In this document: piece by piece, positions 57,801 to 63,800 of the stretch
Position numbering within the stretch: position 1 is the stretch's first letter
Layout of the letters: each line of letters starts with the position of its first letter
Origin: Candidatus Multivoradales bacterium
GTDB taxonomy: Bacteria > Acidobacteriota > Thermoanaerobaculia > Multivoradales > J023
DNA: 64,000 nt
NCBI GenBank assembly: GCA_965248925.1
Contig: CBDFLE010000006.1
Location: forward strand, 320,001-384,000
Direction of reading: 5' to 3'
Notes under the pieces: generated by a model
The model's input: the letters and a program-made list of their open reading frames with translations, nothing else
Database searches by the model: none
Told to the model about the DNA's origin: nothing
Position numbers and translations under genes: made by a program

Positions 57801-60800
57801 ATGCTCTTGCTGTCGCACCAGGCATCCACCAACTCGACGATGGCGCCATCGGTGGCGGCTTCGGCGCCCGAGCGGTACTCCTCGGTCCGCGCGCTGGCAT
57901 CACGGCCGAAGCGCCGCACCAGATAGCGCAGCCGGCCCATGACCCGGCCCTTCAAGCTGAAGTCGGCGAGGCTGGGCAAGCGCTGCATGACACCAAAGGG
58001 CAGGGCTCCCAAGGCCCGGCCACCAGCCTGGCGCAGCGGCACCTCCAACACCAGGTGGGGAGTCAAGCCGCGGCCCGCGCAGTAGGCGTAGAGTTCGTCC
58101 GCCAGCTCTTGTAGGGCAGCCGCCGCGCCGACGAAACAGAAAGCGAAGAGCAGCTGATCGCTGTGGTTGAAATAGAACAGCCCGCTACTCCCGGAGCCGA
58201 GGAAGACCCACGGCGCGATGTCTCGCCGAGCCAGGGCCGCGGTCTCCCAGGAGTGCTCTTGCAGCAAGGCCGCCACCGCCGCTTGGGCCGCGGGGTCTGC
58301 ACTCAGTTCCTTCTCGCGCAGCACGGTCCATCGCGGTGGGCCGGCGATCATCGCCGCGGGCGGCTCTGGAGCGGGCGGCGCCAAGGTTGCGGTGGGCGCC
58401 GCCACCGCGGACGTAGCCGCCGCCGGGAACTTCTCAGACCACACCTGAGGGTAATCCTGCACCAACCTGCTGCTCAGCTGACACAGGGTGTCGGCCTCGA
58501 AGAGCAGGGTTTGGGGCAAGGGTCCGGTGTCCTTCTCCAGGGTCTTGAGCAAGCGCAGATTGAGGAAGGAATCCACCCCGTAGTCGGCAAAGGGCTGCTC
58601 GAGATCGAGCTCTTCGGCGCTGGCGCGGAGAGCCTTGGCGAAGGTCTTAACCAGAAATGCCTCGACTTGGGCTTCGAGATCTGGTGCCGCAAGTGAGGGG
58701 GCTGACGGAACTGCCTTGGCAGCCGCGGGGTGCCGCGCCGCGTCACCGTTGAGCGCCGCCTCGATCTTCGCCCCATCCCCAGGTGCCACCACCAGGTTGC
58801 CGGCCGCCGAACCCAGAGCTACCGCCAGCGCGGCCAATCCAGCGCTGGTGGCGAGCGGAGTAACGCCGGTGGTTGCTTCAAAATAGGCAATCTGCCGCGG
58901 CGTCAGGGACATTCCCCCGGCAGACCACAGGGGCCAGTTAATCGCCACGCTGATCCCCTGGCGTTCACCGCGCCGCCGCAAGGTCTCGCGCTGATGAGCA
59001 AAGCCGTCCATGAAGCCGTTGCCGAAGGCGTAGCCCGTCTGACCCGGATTGCCCAGCACCGACGACAACGACGAGAACATGCAGAAGCAAGCCAGGGGCT
59101 GCTCACCAGTGACCTCGTCCAACACCGTGGTACCCCGCACCTTAGGCTGGGCCACCGCCACTAGTTGGGCCGCCGACTGATCGGCGAAGAGACCGTCGTC
59201 GAGCACCCCAGCAGCATGGAAGACTCCATCGAGCTGCCCCAAGAGGGTTTTCATCTCGGCCATCACCGCCACCATCTGCTCTCTATTCGAGACCTCAGCT
59301 TGGCGGTAAAAGACCCGGTTCCGCGAGCCGGCCAAGGCCGCCAGATGAGCGTCGATCGCCGGCGTGCGGGGGGAGCGTCCTAGTAGCAGCAGGTTGGCGT
59401 CGAGGGTGGTGACCAGGTGGCGCGCCAAGATCAGACCCAGGCCGCCGGCACCGCCGGTGATCAGGTAATTGCCGCGCCGGGGCAGCTCGAGCGTCGCCGC
59501 CGGTGGTGGCGCCCAGGGAATTAGTCGCCGCAGCAGGCACTGCTCCCCCTCCAGGCGCAAGTGCCGGCAGCCCGGCTGAGCAGCTAAGACCACGGCCGGC
59601 AAATCCGCCGCCGCCAACGGCTGCGGGGTCTCGACCAGGGTGAAGGACAGCCGCCGATCTTCAGCCGCCAAAGTCCTCAGAAAAGCCGCCCAGGCCATCA
59701 ACCAGGGCGAGTTTTCCAGTTCGCGATTGGGCGCCAGATAGAGCACTGGTTTGGGATCTGGCTCTGCTTGCAAAGCTCGCAGTCGGGGCAACCATTGCGC
59801 AAGGTCGAGGGCGCCGGCCGCCAAAGGCAAGACTTCGACCGCTACGTTGGTTTCAAGCGCCGTCCTGCGAACCGCAGGGGCCGCGGTCAGCGGAGTCCAA
59901 ACAGGCTGGAAAAAATGCACCGTGGCCGGACTCTGCCCAGCCTCCTCGGCGATCGCCGGCGGTGATTTGAGCAGCGGAAGACCACCGGAGCCGGCAGTGG
60001 ACGGCCCCGACGAGGGAGTCTCGAGCATCCGCACCGCCAGCTGGTCAAAGCGCGCCAGCGGCTGGCCGTCGTCGTCGGTGATCACCACGTCGAAGCACGT
60101 CGTAGTGCCGCCAGCGCCGCCATTGCCGCCATCGACCCGGCTGACGACGGCGTAACAAGCTCGTGGCAGAGCCACTAAGGGCTGCCAGCGCTGCAACGAG
60201 AAAGGCACCGGAATGCCACCGGTATCGCCCATCAAGCCGACCACCGCCTGCAACGCCCCATCGAGCAAGCTGGGGTGAAAGGCAAAGTTCTCTCGCTCGG
60301 CCGACAGCGGTAGCTCGAGCCGCGCCAGCGCCTCTCGACCGTTGCCCTGCCAGACTTGGATCGGACGACAGGCCGGACCATAGTGCAAACCCCGCACCGC
60401 CAGGCGCCGATACCAGGTGTCCCCATCCAGGGTCTCGTGGCAGCGTTGCCGCAGCTCGCCGAGAGCCAGAGGTGCCGAGCTGACCACTGTCCCGCGGTGG
60501 ACCTGCCCTTGCGCCAAAACCGTCGGCTCGCCCACTCCATTGCTGGACAGAGACCAGGCGGCCCCTGGGCGTTGGGCGGTGGAGTCCGCGGCTGCCGAGA
60601 AGGCCAGCAACAGCTTCTCCGGCCCACCGCTGAAGACCAGCGGCCGCTGCCAGGTGATGGCGCTCAACTCGATCGCAGCCGTGCTCGCCACCACGCCCGC
60701 CACGCTTTTCGCGGTGCCAGCGACCTCCACGGCTGCGTGGCTGGACAGCGCCGCGGCGCGTGCCATCTCCAAACAGGCCACTCCGGGCAGCAGGGCGCGG

Positions 60801-63800
60801 CCGGCGATCAGGTGGTCGGCGACATAGGACTCATCGCCGCGCAGCACTTTGACGAAGTTGGCCCGCTGCAACGACAGCCCATCGATCAGCGGATGGGCGG
60901 CAAGGCACGTCTCTCGCCGGGTGGTGAGCTCAGGGGTGGAGTCCTTGCCGACTGAGCGTTGATCGGGCACCCAGAAACGGCGGCGGTCGAAGGGGTAAGT
61001 GGCCAATGGCAAGCGCCCCGGTGGCCGACCCTCGTAGAGTTCCCGCCAAGCGATCTCGGCACCAGCTACCCAGGCGGTCGCCAGCGTGGCGAGATCTTTG
61101 TCGACCAAGGCGCGAGAAAGCTCTGCCGCTGACCCCAACCCGACCTGCGGCTCTTTGAGCTTGGCGGCGGTGCCGACCCAGGTCGCTGCCGGGGTCTGGC
61201 CAGCGGCGAAGGCGCGGAGTTTCAGCACCAACTCGCCAAGCCCCTCAGCGGCGATGGCCAGGCGCTGACCGTAAGCCTCGCGCCCTACTTGCAAGGTGAA
61301 GGCAACCTGGCGTGGATCCTGCGACGGGCCGGAGGAGGTGGTGGCCAGCTCTAGCAGGGTGGTGACTTGGCTCGGCCACGGCGGCTCGCCGGCCGCGGCT
61401 GGCGGCAGACGCTGGCGGAGAAGCTCCAGCTCCGCGACACCGAATCCCAGGTCGGCCAACGGCTCCCCAGGATCTACATCGAGCGGATCCAGGCCAAGAA
61501 TCTCAGCCGCCAAGCGAACCACCGGTACCAGAGCCAGCTCTTCGTCATCTGCCGAGGTCGGAGTCTGCAACCGATCGGCCAGCGCGGTGGCATAGCGCCG
61601 CAGCACCGACTCGGTTTTTGCCGCCAGCACGTAGAGCCGACGCTGAGATGGCAGGTCGCTGATCTCGTTCTCGCGGGCCGGCGCTCGATACTCTTCCACC
61701 ACCACATGGCCGTTGACCCCGCCCATGCCGAAGGAACTCACCCCGGCACGCCGCGGTAGCGGCTCACCGGCGTCATCCAGCAAGGCCGTCCAGGGCTGGG
61801 TGTGGCGCACGATCTGCAGCGGCGTGCCCTGCAATTTGATGTAGGGATTAACCTTCTCGATGTTGATCGAAGCTGGCAGCGTGCGATGCTGCATCGCTAA
61901 AACGACCTTGAGCAGGCCGGCGATGCCAGAAGCCCGCTCGAGATGGCCGATGTTGCTCTTCACCGAACCAATCCAACAATGGGCCTCGGTGGGCAGCTCC
62001 CGGCCCTGCTCGGCATAGAGTCTTTGGAAGGCTTGGCGCAGGCCGCTGAGTTCAATCGGGTCGCCCAACGCAGTGCCGGTGCCGTGGGCTTCGATGTAGG
62101 AGATGGTCGCCGGATCGAGGCCGCTTTGCCGCCACGCCTTGACCAGCAGATCGGCTTGGGCATTGGGGTTGGGAGCGGTCATCGAGGCCGCCCGGCCACC
62201 GTGGTTGACGGCGCTGCCGCGGATCAAGCCATAGATGAAGTCACCGTCCGCTTCGGCGGCGCTCAGGGGCTTTAGTAGCACCGCACCGGAACCTTCACCG
62301 CGAGTGTAGCCGTCGGCGCGATGGTCGAAGGTCTTGCAGCGACCGTCAGGAGCCAGCATCGCCGACTTGGAAATGGCGATGTGATCCCGCGGGCTACAGT
62401 TGAGATTGATACCGCCAGCGATCGCCAGCGGGCAATGGCCGAGTCTGATCGCCTCGACCGCGTTGTGCACCGCCACCAAGGCACTGGAGCAGGCGGTGTC
62501 GACCGGCTCACTGGGACCGTGAATGTCGAGCAGGTAAGAGATCCGGTTGGTCAGGATGGAGTGGAACGAGCCGGTGAGGGTGTAAGCCTCCAGGTCGACC
62601 TCGTAGTCCCGGTAGATTTCCTTGTAGTCGTAATTCCCCACCCCGACAAAGATGCCGGTGTCGCTGCCGGCCAGGTCCGAAGGCTTGTAGCCGGCGTCTT
62701 CGAGAGTCTGCCAGACGGTTTCCAGGAAGACCCGCTGCTGCGGATCCATCAACTCCGCTTCGCGCGGCGAGATGCCGAAGAAAGCGGCGTCGAAAGTATC
62801 GATCTCGGGGACAAAGCCGCCGTACTTGGCGTCGGTGCGGTTGCCCTCTTCGAGCGGATCGCCAAACACCGCCCGCCAGTCCCAGCGATCCGGCGGCACC
62901 TCGGTAATCAGATCCTTCTCCTCCACCAAGTGGCGCCAGAAAATCTCCAGGTCGGCACTCTGCGGCATGATGCCGGCGATGCCGATGATGGCGATGGGTT
63001 GGTCAGAGAGACTCCCGGCGCTCGCTGACTGAGGAGGTGGCTCGGGCGGCGGAGCCGCCAGTTTGGCTACCACCGAGGGCGCCCAAGGCAACGCCGGAGA
63101 GGCCACGGCCGCGGCCGGCGCGGCGCTGGCGATGGGTTGGGCGACGGCTGGCGCGGCGGCGCCAAAATAGGCGCCGATCTGCGGCTGATGTTGGGCGAAA
63201 ATATGACCGGACAAGCCTGCCAAGGTGGGAAACTCGAAGAAGATGACCGGCGTGAGGTCGAGATCAAATTGGCGATTGAGCTCGTCGGTGAACTCAGTGA
63301 AGGTCAGCGAGTCGAAGCCGAAGTCGCTCATGTCGGCATCGTCATCACGCTCCGTACTGCCCACCGAGAGAGTTTCAGCGAGCTTCTTCCACATCTCTTC
63401 GCGCAATTGGCCGAGTAGGGTGTCCGCGTCGAGATCCGCCGCTGGCCCGGCGGGCCGCGGTAACGCCGGCGGGGTGCTTGGCGCTTCGCGAGTAGCCAGC
63501 ACCGGCGGCGGCGCCAGCGCCTGCTCTGGCTTGTCGACCACTACCTGCGGTCGCCGAACCGGGCCGAAGACCTGGTGGATCTTCGCCGTCTCACCTTCGA
63601 CCAGCGCAAAATGTGCCCGCCCCGGCGCCAGACTGCCGTCCAACACCCCTTCTAGCACCCGCATCCCAGCTTCGCTGCTCAGCGGTTTCATTCCCCAGGT
63701 CCGCAGCAGGTGCTTCTCGACCCGCGGATCTACGGTCATCCCCCCTTGCCGCCAAAGCGGCCAGCCGATGGCCACGGTGCGGCCCCGCCGACGACCCGCC

